From positions 1-37,263 of the IMG/VR virus record IMGVR_UViG_2778261172_000006: DNA of 37,263 bases. The stretch is one strand, 5' to 3'. The stretch is from a virus. Lineage: Duplodnaviria > Heunggongvirae > Uroviricota > Caudoviricetes. Positions within the stretch are counted from its first letter, which is position 1. Every line of letters starts with the position of its first letter. The notes below the pieces were generated by a model. The model ran no database searches. It was not told the DNA's origin and saw only the letters and a list, made by a program, of their open reading frames with translations. A program made the translations under genes and the position numbers. Shown here one piece after another: positions 9,029-17,297 of the stretch.

Positions 9029-9053
9029 AAACGGGATTTCAGAATCCCGTAAA
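9029..9053. repeat. 25-bp palindromic element, copy 2 (AAACGGGATT-TCAG-AATCCCGTAAA)
   Basis: Near-identical copy 73 bp downstream of copy 1, 32 bp upstream of the parM-like start. Confidence 0.7.
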
Positions 9054-9084
9054 CGATTAATTAATCAACATAAGGAAAAGCGAC

Positions 9085-10044
9085 ATGAAAATTTGTATCG
9101 ACGACGGCTCCACCAACATCAAGCTGGCATGGACTGAGAACGGCGAACGCCGCAACGCCATCAGCCCGAACAGCTTCAAGTCGGAATGGTCTGCGCCGTT
9201 CGGTGGCACGCAGCCCGCGAACTACATGCTTGATGGCGTGCGCTATGGTTTTGATCCGGTCAGCGATCGCTTTGTCCAGACGACCGACACGCAATACCAG
9301 TACAGCGATGTGAATGTCATTGCCATTCATCACGCGCTGGTCAAATCAGGCATCACGCCACAGGAGGTGGATGTGGTTGTCACCCTGCCACTGAGCGAGT
9401 ATTTCGACACAAACGCACAGCCGGACATGGCCAACATCAACCGCAAAAAAGCGAACGTTATGCGCCCGGTGGAGTACCAGAACGGCGAAGCATTCACTAT
9501 CCGTAACGTGCGGGTTATGCCTGAATCCATTCCGGCTGGCTTTAAGGCACTGGCTGACATGAGTCCGTTTGAATCCCTGCTGATTGTGGATTTAGGCGGA
9601 ACCACGCTGGATGTGGCAAAGGTTCAGGGGCAACTGGCAGGTATCAGCCAGGTGTTTTGCGATCCACACGTAGGCGTTTCCCTGATGGTCGATGCCGTGC
9701 TGTCGGTGATGGCCGCTAACGGTATGCGTACCAGTCACCACATCGCCAATACCATTATCGAACATCGCCATGATGAAGCCTGGTTGCGCCAACACATCCA
9801 CAATGACGCGCATTACGCCAGCCTGATGGCGGTTATTCGTGAAAAGGAAGAAACACTGAAACAACGCGTGATCCGCGCGCTGGCGGGTTTTTCGGGTTAC
9901 GGACGGGTGATGGTTGTCGGTGGCGGGGCGGAGATTGTGGCACCCGCTATCCGCGAAGCCTGCGGAGTTAATGCGACTTTCATCGCGGACGGGGTGCCAC
10001 AGTTTGCTCTGGTTAATGGGCTGTACGCAATGGACAAGGAGTAA
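9085..10044 (+). CDS. parM: ParM/StbA-like actin-type segregation ATPase
   Basis: 319 aa; N-terminus MKICIDDGSTNIKLAW, SDVNVIAIHHAL, VMPESIPAG, DLGGTTLD and VVGGGAE match remembered plasmid R1 ParM motifs along the whole length. Confidence 0.85.
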   Translation: MKICIDDGSTNIKLAWTENGERRNAISPNSFKSEWSAPFGGTQPANYMLDGVRYGFDPVSDRFVQTTDTQYQYSDVNVIAIHHALVKSGITPQEVDVVVTLPLSEYFDTNAQPDMANINRKKANVMRPVEYQNGEAFTIRNVRVMPESIPAGFKALADMSPFESLLIVDLGGTTLDVAKVQGQLAGISQVFCDPHVGVSLMVDAVLSVMAANGMRTSHHIANTIIEHRHDEAWLRQHIHNDAHYASLMAVIREKEETLKQRVIRALAGFSGYGRVMVVGGGAEIVAPAIREACGVNATFIADGVPQFALVNGLYAMDKE

Positions 10045-10048
10045 ACCA

Positions 10049-10363
10049 ATGACGACACCAACCAGACGGATAAGTTTCTATCTGAAGCCCGCCGCCGTCA
10101 ATAGTGAACGGAAGGCGTGTAATTACCTCGACAGCCTGCCAGCCTCTGAACGCAGCCGCGCGCAACGCGCGGCCTTTCTGGCCGGGCTGGCACTCATAAA
10201 ACGCGATCCTGCATTTGCCTATTGGTTGGCCGAATGGCCGGAAGAAGGAGCTGCGCCAGCAAAGAATAATATTCAGAGTAAATATGCCAGCACACCTGCC
10301 ACCGGAAGCAATCACAGCACTAGCGAGATAAGAAAGAACATTCAGTCATTTTTCCCGGAGTGA
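10049..10363 (+). CDS. parR: ParR/StbB-like centromere-binding adaptor
   Basis: ATG at 10049 with AAGGAG RBS; RRISFYLKP...CNYLDSLPASERSRAQRAAFLAGLAL parallels R1 ParR (RRTIAFKLNP...CDTLDSIPQGERSRLNRAALTAGLAL). Confidence 0.75.
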   Translation: MTTPTRRISFYLKPAAVNSERKACNYLDSLPASERSRAQRAAFLAGLALIKRDPAFAYWLAEWPEEGAAPAKNNIQSKYASTPATGSNHSTSEIRKNIQSFFPE

Positions 10364-10382
10364 AAACAGGAGAGGTGCATCT

Positions 10383-10814
10383 ATGGCAACTATTCCCAAA
10401 AAATGGTTACAACGCAAAATCGCAGACCTTGAATCGTGTCGTGAAGACATCCCATTTGGCCTTGATGAAAACGATCACAATATGTTAATCGCACTGAAAA
10501 TCGCACTCACATCGCTGGAAGCGAAACCTGTTGCATGGACTGATGATGAGGAACTGCGTGATGTCAAGCAGTATGGTTTCGGTGAGATATTTCAGTGTCC
10601 GCCAGATAAATACGCGGATCCGCGCCGTGTTATCCCTATGTATCAAGAGCCGCCAGCGCCAGCAGTACCAGATGGGCTGGTTAGAGCGGTGCGTTTCTAT
10701 GAACAGGTTAAGCGTGAAAATCCGCCAGCCGAAACCGGAGCATGGAAAGACGCTGTTGACTGGGTGCTCAAAGAGGCCTGCCAAGTTGTAAACACTGGCA
10801 TCAAAGGAGACTGA
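10383..10814 (+). CDS. hypothetical protein (143 aa)
   Basis: ATG with GGAGAGG RBS; contains motif IALKIALTSLEAKPVAW. Confidence 0.55.
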   Translation: MATIPKKWLQRKIADLESCREDIPFGLDENDHNMLIALKIALTSLEAKPVAWTDDEELRDVKQYGFGEIFQCPPDKYADPRRVIPMYQEPPAPAVPDGLVRAVRFYEQVKRENPPAETGAWKDAVDWVLKEACQVVNTGIKGD

Positions 10815-10815
10815 T

Positions 10816-11025
10816 ATGGCTATTGCCGCAAGTTACACCATGCATCTCTATTGTGATTGCCTCCAGTGTACAGATGGCAAATATAAGTCGCCAGACTTCG
10901 GTGAGTATATAGGTACGTCATGGGCTGGCTGTGCAAAAGAGGCGCGCAAGGATGGCTGGCGAATAAGCAAAGACAAAACGCGTGCTTTTGCGCCCGGGCA
11001 TAAAGTTTTGAGGATTAACAAATGA
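10816..11025 (+). CDS. hypothetical small Cys-rich protein (69 aa)
   Basis: ATG 1 nt after upstream stop; CDCLQC...C pattern. Confidence 0.5.
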   Translation: MAIAASYTMHLYCDCLQCTDGKYKSPDFGEYIGTSWAGCAKEARKDGWRISKDKTRAFAPGHKVLRINK

Positions 11026-11282
11026 CCACTTTAACCGACAAAGAACTGATTAAAGAAATCAAAGAGCGCATAGGCAGCCTAGACGTGAGAGACAATATTG
11101 AACGCCGTGCTTATGAAATTGCTCTGGTATCGCTGGAAGCAGAGCCAGTAGCATGGATGCATGTAAATAACGGCATCGGAATACCAGCAATAACAAGGAG
11201 TAAAGAGGTTGCAGAGAGTTGGTTATCAAAAGGCTGGTATGTCCAACCCTTACATCTAGCCCAGCCTGCATCAAAGCTATAG
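11022..11282 (+). CDS. hypothetical protein (86 aa)
   Basis: ATGA overlap with upstream ORF; shares motif IALVSLEAEPVAW with the 10383 ORF. Confidence 0.5.
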   Translation: MTTLTDKELIKEIKERIGSLDVRDNIERRAYEIALVSLEAEPVAWMHVNNGIGIPAITRSKEVAESWLSKGWYVQPLHLAQPASKL

Positions 11283-11292
11283 AAATGAGCCA

Positions 11293-11319
11293 AAACGCCC
11301 TCTTCCAGGGCGTTTATTT
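11293..11319 (+). terminator. intrinsic terminator after the parMR-linked operon
   Basis: 9-bp stem AAACGCCCT/AGGGCGTTT with 5-nt loop followed by TATTT. Confidence 0.6.
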
Positions 11320-11322
11320 CAA

Positions 11323-11349
11323 TGCACAATAGTGCACAAATTTGCACAA
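11323..11349. repeat. three TGCACAA heptamers phased at exactly 10 bp (11323, 11333, 11343)
   Basis: Direct reading; a fourth copy at 11415-11421 and a GGATCCGT direct repeat at 11393-11411 lie nearby. Confidence 0.7.
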
Positions 11350-11848
11350 TTTTTTTGAACGACTTTTTGCCCTTCCGGCCCGCGGGGCGACTGGATCCGT
11401 CAAGGATCCGTGCGTGCACAAAAAAACGCGCTTTTTCTGCGCGCAGGTGACGGGGGAACAGCCCGCGTTTCAGGGGGTAAATAGCATTCCCTGAACGATG
11501 TCGCAGCGACACAACAGAATGGCTGTCTTTCTCACGCTGAGCGTAAAAAAGACGTGAGGGCTTTTGATTTGATGGGGTGGCAGATAAGGCCGTCAAAATC
11601 GCACTGAGGCGGCGAGAACATGCAGTCAGCGCAGTGGGATTGCGTAAGAGTCTGACCGTCGATGATGGAAATAAGCAGGAAAGCGTCGTGAAATTATCTG
11701 ACTGATACAGGAGCTGGAGAGTCGGGGCATAAATTTTTTATGCCCCGGCGAAGCAGCAGACAAGCGAAGCGCGTCAGCGATACGGCACCTTGCCGACCAT
11801 ACTTCATAAGTGCAAAATACGAGCAAAGAAATCAATGGAGGCTGTCTT

Positions 11849-12373
11849 ATGGTCATTAATTACAAGCAGTTAAGAGAAAAACGGGAGCAGGTAAAGGAGA
11901 GCTTTCGCCGCAATGAAGATCTGACCCCGCTTGTACGCCTTGCCCAGGGCATTGTTGACGCTTATGAAATCTCGCTGGAGCTGCCATCACAGACCTGGAC
12001 AGATAGCGACGGTAATCGCCAGCATTACATTTCATGCGGACTGGAAGCAGCCGAAGGATTTCGCAGAATGCCTTTATCCCAGATCCCTGCCGCAACCCCC
12101 AAAGCAAGAGGCAGCAATGATGAGCGAAAACTGACTTTCAGCATTGAGACAGTGGTTGACGACACACCTGGCGAAGTCGCGTTCGTGCACACTCCTGTTT
12201 CGATCGCAATGTATAACGATGAAATACAGGTTCGCGTTAATAATAATATCGTGCCACTTAAAGAAGGTAATTCACCCTACACCACCGTTTGTGAAGCCAT
12301 TCAATATTACGTTCTCTCTGAAATTGATAATCTCAAGCCTGACGGCACCCAGAAAATGGTTCAACTCTGGTAA
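11849..12373 (+). CDS. hypothetical protein (174 aa) between cos-proximal region and portal gene
   Basis: ATG at 11849 with GGAGG 8 nt upstream; convergent with Q and ending in a strong hairpin terminator. Confidence 0.55.
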   Translation: MVINYKQLREKREQVKESFRRNEDLTPLVRLAQGIVDAYEISLELPSQTWTDSDGNRQHYISCGLEAAEGFRRMPLSQIPAATPKARGSNDERKLTFSIETVVDDTPGEVAFVHTPVSIAMYNDEIQVRVNNNIVPLKEGNSPYTTVCEAIQYYVLSEIDNLKPDGTQKMVQLW

Positions 12374-12379
12374 AAAGGA

Positions 12380-12404
12380 CAGCCCCATCACGGGGCTGTT
12401 TTTT
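12380..12404. terminator. bidirectional intrinsic terminator between the 174-aa ORF and Q
   Basis: CAGCCCC-ATCA-CGGGGCTG hairpin flanked by AAAAA upstream and TTTTTT downstream. Confidence 0.65.
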
Positions 12405-13434
12405 CATCAAGAAGAGCATAAGAGTTAAAACGGATCACCTCTTCGCCAAGCCAGTCATTGATATGCTTCATGGCCTCCATGACGGGCATCAGCTCGTTAA
12501 TTGCGTAAACCCGCGCGGCCTTCTCCACATCACCAAACGCACTTTTTTCACCCGGCATCGCCCCCATCAGTTGCGGCGGAACGCGGTGCGCAGCCAGCAC
12601 GTCATCACGGGATGCCGCCTTAACATTCATGAACTCATCTTTTGCGGTGATCTGCTGGAACGGCAAAATTTGCACACCTTCTTTGCCCCCGTTGGGCGCA
12701 TGAATGAGCACGTTTTTAAACGCACCACCACCACGTGCACCCTGTAACGTTTCTTTCAGGGAGTCCATGCTTTCGCGGTTTACCTGTGCTGCACCGATGT
12801 AGATGATGCACCCGGCGTGGGATCCGTTGTCGTAATACAGTTTTCTGAACATGTCCGCCGAATGAGACAGGCTGGCCGAGAGTAATGCGCCGAGATATTC
12901 CGGCATGCCGTAGATTTCCTGGTTAATATCCGGATTCATCAGGTGGCACACTTTGCCAGGGCGAAACTGGAACGCGTCCTTGCCATCCTGCACATACCAC
13001 CATGATTCAAGATCGCTTCCGCGTCGCATGTATTTCGCCAGTGCGTGCCGTAATTTAAGCGGTTCGCCGAGCATATTGCTTCGAAGCTCAAGGAATGCGT
13101 TACCGAACACAAACCAGTCCAGCGCCAGCGCCGAGAAATCCTGCCGGGAAAGCAGCGGGTGCGGGATGTAGCAACCGAGTAATACATTGCGCTTAAAGTA
13201 AAGCGCAGACTGATGCCAGGACGTTTGCCGGGCAGCTCTCGCCAGACCGTACCAGTCCACCGGGGTTTCATACCACCGCCCGTTATCAGCACAGTACATA
13301 TTGTCCAGCAGGTCATGCCCGGTCAGGCGATAAGGACCATCAAATGTGAATGCACTGAGCGATGATTCTTTCCTGAGCGCATCAGCGAGATCAATGCGTG
13401 AACTCATGCGCACTTTTTTATTTTTTCTGCTCAT
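12388..13434 (-). CDS. Q: portal protein (P2 gpQ family)
   Basis: 348-aa ORF; start overlaps P stop on the minus strand; P2 Q-like sequence and position next to terminase. Confidence 0.9.
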   Translation of the reverse strand: MSRKNKKVRMSSRIDLADALRKESSLSAFTFDGPYRLTGHDLLDNMYCADNGRWYETPVDWYGLARAARQTSWHQSALYFKRNVLLGCYIPHPLLSRQDFSALALDWFVFGNAFLELRSNMLGEPLKLRHALAKYMRRGSDLESWWYVQDGKDAFQFRPGKVCHLMNPDINQEIYGMPEYLGALLSASLSHSADMFRKLYYDNGSHAGCIIYIGAAQVNRESMDSLKETLQGARGGGAFKNVLIHAPNGGKEGVQILPFQQITAKDEFMNVKAASRDDVLAAHRVPPQLMGAMPGEKSAFGDVEKAARVYAINELMPVMEAMKHINDWLGEEVIRFNSYALLDEKTAP

Positions 13435-15185
13435 CAGAACTCCATAACCGTGAAACGCTCGTTTTCTCCTTCGCCGCCAATCGGTTCGTTAATGACAGCA
13501 AGCATGGTTGCCCACGCAAGGTCGCCGTGGCTGATCCCCCTCGCTCGGTCCGTTTCGTAAGTGATAAAGCCGCCCGGTGTTTTCACCTTACGCACGGCGT
13601 TAAAGGCCGCGACCAGCTCGCGTTCGGCGCGATCGTATTCCCACCGCCCGGCACGCATTATTTGCAGCATTTTCAGTACCAGCGACCGTTTTGATGACAG
13701 CGTGAAGGTGTACGGAATAGCAGCAGGGAAAAACCGTTTCACTATCTGATAAACAGCCTCCCCGTTCCCGCCCGTCACATCAATCCCGATGTGTTCCACG
13801 TTATAGCGACACGTGAACTCTTCAATGACTCTGGCCTGTTCTTCAAACTCCAGCCCCTGAACGCGTCGCGTCTCCACCGTTCGAAAACGGCCACCAGGAA
13901 CAGCCGGAGGAACCACCACGGACACAGCACCGCTGTCGCCGTTGCCACTGCTGCCGTTTGCGTCATACCCAATCCATACCGGACGATTCCCCATCGGGCG
14001 GGGAGCAAAAGGTTTCCAGTCTTTCCAGTCGTCGTATCCATCAACACCGCAGCCAATCAGGATATTCAGGTTAAATGCCGATTCCCCTTCGCGGACAAAC
14101 TCACACATATAGAGATTGCGGAACTCGTCTTCGGTGTTTTCATCACGAATTTCATCAATATCGGTGTGTTTCCAGCCGTGATTAACCACATCTTCCAGCG
14201 TGACAATTTGCCGCCACGTCCGGTCAGGGCAGATAAGCCCGTTATGCAGCGTTTTCCAGTCCACAGAAAAACGCTGGCGTTTATGCGAGGCCTTTTTCTC
14301 GTTCCAGCGGTCGCCGTTCCAGTAGGCGTATGCCTCGTGCGTTTCGGTGGATGGCGTGGAGAAGTAGGTGCGCCGCAGTCCGCTGAGGGTTGCCATAGCG
14401 CCAGCCACCTTGCGCAGTTCAGCAAAGCGACTGACCCAGAAAAATTCATCAAAATAAAAATTGCCCGTATAGGACTGTGCCGACGCAGCAGAAGTGCCGA
14501 GAAAATGCAGCTCTGCGCCGTTGGAGAGGATGATTTTATCACCCCCTTTCAGCTCCACATCAACTTCAGCCGCAGCCTTCTGAATAATGCTTTTAAACTG
14601 GAACGCCTGACGACGCGACGCAGACAAAAAAATCTGGTTACGCTGGTAAGGTTGCGCCACATCGTCACGCAGCGCCATCAGCAGTGCTTCCTGTGCAAAA
14701 TACCAGGTCGCCCCAATCTGTCGGGATTTCAGGATCATCCTGTTACGTATCCCGGCTTCCCTGCAAAGGGTCAGGGAGTCAAACCAGCCCCGCTGATGCC
14801 ACTCCAGCCTGCTGATGATTTTTTCCCGCAGTGCGGCAATCTGCTCCGGCGTGAAATGATTTTTGAGTTTTTTCGCCCGGCCTTTCTTTCCTGTGGCCGT
14901 CGCATCCGGCTGGCCATCATGCAGTTTTTTAAGCTGCCGGGTCAGCAGGTCTATTTCCTTAAAGTCACCACCTGTTTTATTCTGTTTTTCAGTAAGCTGG
15001 ATGAGGCGCGCATCGATGGACTGCGTGACACGCTGCACGGGTGGCGTTTCATCCCACTGGTCGCGTTTTTTCCACGCATAAATCGTGTTCGGGTTTATTC
15101 CCATCAGACGTGATATTTCTGCGGGCGGATAACCCTGCCAGTAAAGTTGCCGCGCACGCTGGCGCACAAAAGCGTCCTGAATCAT
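13434..15185 (-). CDS. P: terminase large (ATPase) subunit (P2 gpP family)
   Basis: 583-aa ORF with GGGGGAG RBS; P2 P-like sequence; divergent from O. Confidence 0.93.
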   Translation of the reverse strand: MIQDAFVRQRARQLYWQGYPPAEISRLMGINPNTIYAWKKRDQWDETPPVQRVTQSIDARLIQLTEKQNKTGGDFKEIDLLTRQLKKLHDGQPDATATGKKGRAKKLKNHFTPEQIAALREKIISRLEWHQRGWFDSLTLCREAGIRNRMILKSRQIGATWYFAQEALLMALRDDVAQPYQRNQIFLSASRRQAFQFKSIIQKAAAEVDVELKGGDKIILSNGAELHFLGTSAASAQSYTGNFYFDEFFWVSRFAELRKVAGAMATLSGLRRTYFSTPSTETHEAYAYWNGDRWNEKKASHKRQRFSVDWKTLHNGLICPDRTWRQIVTLEDVVNHGWKHTDIDEIRDENTEDEFRNLYMCEFVREGESAFNLNILIGCGVDGYDDWKDWKPFAPRPMGNRPVWIGYDANGSSGNGDSGAVSVVVPPAVPGGRFRTVETRRVQGLEFEEQARVIEEFTCRYNVEHIGIDVTGGNGEAVYQIVKRFFPAAIPYTFTLSSKRSLVLKMLQIMRAGRWEYDRAERELVAAFNAVRKVKTPGGFITYETDRARGISHGDLAWATMLAVINEPIGGEGENERFTVMEF

Positions 15186-15339
15186 TGCTCCCCCTGAGTA
15201 ATTACAGGAAGATTACCCGCGCGCGAAACCGTTCTCCTTAACCCCCTGTTCTGGCCGTTTTCTTACAACAAAAGCCCTTTGTATCAGCCTGTTACGCTTT
15301 GCCATCATGACTGAAGAACCAGTCAGAGGGGCAAAAACT
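15186..15339. promoter_or_regulatory. divergent late promoter region for P-Q (leftward) and O-N-M-L (rightward)
   Basis: Position equivalent to P2 PP/PO; imperfect dyad TGT-N15-ACA at 15247-15267; promoters not resolved. Confidence 0.4.
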
Positions 15340-16176
15340 ATGGCTAATGAAAAAAAGACATCCCGCAAAAAGTTTCGCGTGGCTGTCTCCGGATCAACTG
15401 TTGATGGCCGCGAAATCAGTCCGGTACATCTGCGTGAAGCCGCCGAGAACTTCAACCCGGATGTTTACGCTGCCCGCGTGAACGTTGAGCACTATCTCTC
15501 GCCATGCCCGTCAAGCGAATTTTCCGCAATGGGCGATGTCACCGCGCTGAGTACGGAAGATATTACGGAAGGCCCGCTGGCCGGACGTACTGCGCTGTAT
15601 GCAGAAATCGAACCGACCGAGCGCATGAAGCAGCTTGTCGCTGACGGCAAGAAAATCTATTCCAGTATCGAACTGCACCCGCAGTTCTCCGTTAACGGGC
15701 GCGCCTATCTGGTCGGGCTGGCGATGACCGACACCCCGGCAAGCCTGGGCACTGAGCGCCTGAAATTCACGGCACAGCAACGTCAGGCGGTGATGACGTT
15801 CAACAGTATCCAGGGTGAAGCACCGCTTATCTCCGAAGCCATCGAGTCTGAAATCATCGAAATGGCAGAACAACGCCAGGAAGAAGGCACCCAGTGGTTT
15901 AACCGCGTAATGGGGATTATTGGCCGTGGCCGCAAAGCGGATGACACCAGTTTCTCCCGCATTCAGGAAGCGGTGGAAGGCGTCGCAACGTCACAGGCCG
16001 ACATTATCGACCGTTTTAATGCACTGGAAACCCGCCATCAGCAGGACAGCCAGAAAATCACTTCACTGACCACAGAGCTGGCAGCACTGAAGGAAAAACT
16101 GCGCACGCAGGACGGCGATCCGCAGAACCGGTTCACCGCAACGGGCGCAGCCTCCGATCAACTGGCTGACTTCTGA
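15340..16176 (+). CDS. O: capsid scaffolding protein (P2 gpO family)
   Basis: ATG at 15340 with GAGGGG RBS; FRVAVSGSTVDGREISPVHLREAAENFNP resembles the P2 O N-terminus. Confidence 0.85.
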   Translation: MANEKKTSRKKFRVAVSGSTVDGREISPVHLREAAENFNPDVYAARVNVEHYLSPCPSSEFSAMGDVTALSTEDITEGPLAGRTALYAEIEPTERMKQLVADGKKIYSSIELHPQFSVNGRAYLVGLAMTDTPASLGTERLKFTAQQRQAVMTFNSIQGEAPLISEAIESEIIEMAEQRQEEGTQWFNRVMGIIGRGRKADDTSFSRIQEAVEGVATSQADIIDRFNALETRHQQDSQKITSLTTELAALKEKLRTQDGDPQNRFTATGAASDQLADF

Positions 16177-16199
16177 TAAGACAAAGGAGCAAATTTTTT

Positions 16200-17252
16200 A
16201 TGAATCTGGTGATGTCAGATATTACCCGCAACAAGCTGGGTTGCTATATGGCGCAGCAGGCGTCGCTTAACAACATCCCGGTATCTGCACTGGTATCGCG
16301 ATTTACCGTGGAACCCGCGGTACAGCAGCGTTTTGAAAACGCCTCAAAGGACAGCACAGAATTAACGAAAAGAATTAACGTGATCGGCGTGACCGACCAG
16401 AAAGGCGAAAAAATCCTCCTGGATACCACAGGACCGATTGCGCGCACGAATACCAGTTATGACGGCACAAAACGCCGTAACCCGAATAACGTGGTTGATC
16501 TGAAAAACCGCAAATACCAGTGCGAACAAGTGAACTACGACACGTTTATTTCATATCCGCAGCTTGATGCCTGGTCGGCACACCCTGATTTTCAGTCCCG
16601 CATCAGCGCACAGATTGCCCGACAGGTGGCACTTGATCGCATCATGATCGGTTTCAACGGCACGTCTCACGCGGATGAGTCCAACTTCAGCGCCAACAAG
16701 CTGCTTCAGGACGTTAACGTGGGATGGCTGGAGCACATCAGAACCAACGCCAGCGAGCGCGTAATGAATGACGTGACGCTGACCTCCCGCAACATGGACA
16801 ACACCGTGGCGCACGCGGGTAAGTATGCGAACCCTGATGCACTGGTACAGGACGCGCGCTCATCCCTGCTGGATGAATGGCACAAGGAAGCAGACGACCT
16901 CGTGGTGATTATGGGGCGCAACCTGTTTAACTCGCTGCGTCTGCCCGTGCTGAACAGCATCAGCGGCCAGAGTCCCAATGCGGAATTACTCGCCGGGCAG
17001 CTCATTCTGTCATCGCGCACCATTGGCGGGCTGGGCGTGTTCCTTGCGCCGTTCTTCCCGGATTCAACGATGCTGATCACCTCGTTCAACAACCTGTCGA
17101 TTTACTGGCAGAAAGGTTCAATGCGTCGTCTGATGAAAGACGAACCGGAATACAACCGCATCGCCACCTACCAGTCCATCAATGACGCTTATGTCGTTGA
17201 AGACTATGGCAAGTGCGCGATGGTCACTGGCCTGAAGTTCGCCGACAGCTAA
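16200..17252 (+). CDS. N: major capsid protein (P2 gpN family)
   Basis: 350 aa; SRFTVEPAVQQ, ITSFNNLSIYWQ and YVVEDYG match remembered P2 N motifs. Confidence 0.9.
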   Translation: MNLVMSDITRNKLGCYMAQQASLNNIPVSALVSRFTVEPAVQQRFENASKDSTELTKRINVIGVTDQKGEKILLDTTGPIARTNTSYDGTKRRNPNNVVDLKNRKYQCEQVNYDTFISYPQLDAWSAHPDFQSRISAQIARQVALDRIMIGFNGTSHADESNFSANKLLQDVNVGWLEHIRTNASERVMNDVTLTSRNMDNTVAHAGKYANPDALVQDARSSLLDEWHKEADDLVVIMGRNLFNSLRLPVLNSISGQSPNAELLAGQLILSSRTIGGLGVFLAPFFPDSTMLITSFNNLSIYWQKGSMRRLMKDEPEYNRIATYQSINDAYVVEDYGKCAMVTGLKFADS

Positions 17253-17297
17253 TCACCTCACGGCGGGCATCATGCCCGCCTGTAACGGAGAGAAAAA

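Noticed and set aside
11283-11848. Attempt to locate the exact cos cohesive-end sequence
   Set aside because: No convincing match to the P2 cos 19-mer as I remember it; cos is therefore not annotated as a feature.
13791-15113. 440-aa ORF on the plus strand
   Set aside because: Lies entirely antisense within the terminase large-subunit gene P, which has clear homology; shadow ORF.
15275-15285. CCYTTGTATC motif shared between the P/O gap and the FI/D gap (34297-34307)
   Set aside because: Positions relative to the downstream start codons are inconsistent (about 55 bp versus within the FI RBS region); probably coincidental.
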